Of a stretch of DNA of 64,000 nt, positions 63,248-64,000 are shown one piece after another. A model generated the notes under the pieces. That model made no database searches. It was given only the letters and a program-made list of their open reading frames with translations, and was not told the DNA's origin. The DNA lies in NCBI GenBank assembly GCA_973895155.1, contig OZ316895.1, positions 7,118,184-7,182,183 of the forward strand, read 5' to 3'. Position numbers and translations under genes: made by a program. Position 1 is the stretch's first letter; each line of letters opens with the position of its first letter. The stretch comes from Marsupella aquatica (taxonomy: Eukaryota > Plantae > Marchantiophyta).

Positions 63248-63627
63248 ATCGTCGAGGACTCGACGCTACCAGATGATATAAACTCTGCTTGTGGCGCGAC
63301 TTTCCGATGATCTGAGCGAGTCAGTCGATCATCCACAAATTATAGTACATTGTTAATTGGTATGTCCTTCGATGAAATTGAATCTGGGTTCTGAGTCGAG
63401 TGATTACTTCGACTCACTTTCACGAGAGGGACACCGATCCAACACGAGGATCCGCAATCAATAATGAAATCGAGGTAGGAGGATCACCCACAAATTGGTT
63501 CTGAGGAGATGTGGTTTAGTGGAACGAAGTGAAGAGGTCTTGACGGTCATTGGTCGCGCCGTGCGTTTTCGGCAAAATCAATCTTCGTTGGTTCTTTCTG
63601 TCCATCTGAAATCCTCTGTACATTACT

Positions 63628-63985
63628 GTCATTTTGTGTAGTAGTGCCTCTCAAAACTCGGCCTTGATTAAACATTAGTGTCATTTTATTTAGTGGTGTC
63701 TCTCAAAACTGGGCCTTGATGAAAAGTTCATGATTTATTGTCCATCCCAAACTCTGGTAATTACATCCCATGAAAGTGCCACTAGCCATGACAAAACTTG
63801 GATGGCATCCCATGGAAGAGCCACTAGCCATGACAAAACCTCTATTGACCAGGTTTCACCATTTTTAGTACATTTTTGATGAAATTGTAAAGCAAAGTCT
63901 AGCTATAGAAGTTTCACCATGTATAGTACATTTTTCCTTAACCACTTTTAGTACATTGTTCCTGAAATTGTGGAGCAAAGTCTCC
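63628..63985. repeat. three successive short tandem duplications, probably a transposon remnant
   Basis: tcatttt..tagt.gtg.ctctcaaaact.ggccttgat x2; catcccatg.aag.gccactagccatgacaaaac x2; tttagtacatt..tgaaattgt..agcaaagtct x2. Confidence 0.7.
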
Positions 63986-64000
63986 CAGTAGAGGAAAGGA

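Noticed and set aside
1-64000. CRISPR arrays, tRNA or rRNA genes, prokaryotic operons
   Set aside because: None seen; the window is plant nuclear DNA and its tandem repeats lack unique spacers.

Overview
Eukaryotic nuclear DNA with many GT-AG introns, from a land plant with flagellated sperm, most plausibly a bryophyte such as a liverwort (inferred from RSPH1 and gene style). Genes assembled by hand from splice sites: a 67-aa small protein; a 12-exon, unusually long (~1735 aa) telomerase reverse transcriptase (TERT, - strand); a divergent twin-Cx9C (Cmc1-like) gene; two tandem paralogs encoding secreted GDSL esterase/lipase-(Pro/Ala linker)-fasciclin (FAS1) fusion proteins; an intronless RRM gene; an intronless transposon-derived-like gene with an acidic tail; a fungal-type major royal jelly/yellow gene broken by one in-frame TAG; a third GDSL gene without FAS1; an RRM-STEEP1(CXorf56)-like fusion gene; a C2H2-UBA-PUB gene; and a MORN-repeat RSPH1-like gene. 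There are also several tandem and inverted repeats. The best candidates for something undescribed are the GDSL-fasciclin chimeras (with a recent inverted copy of the FAS1-exon splice acceptor downstream), the RRM-STEEP1 fusion, the likely horizontally acquired MRJP gene, and the enlarged TERT with unusual active-site residues. Family assignments come from remembered motifs; no database search was run.
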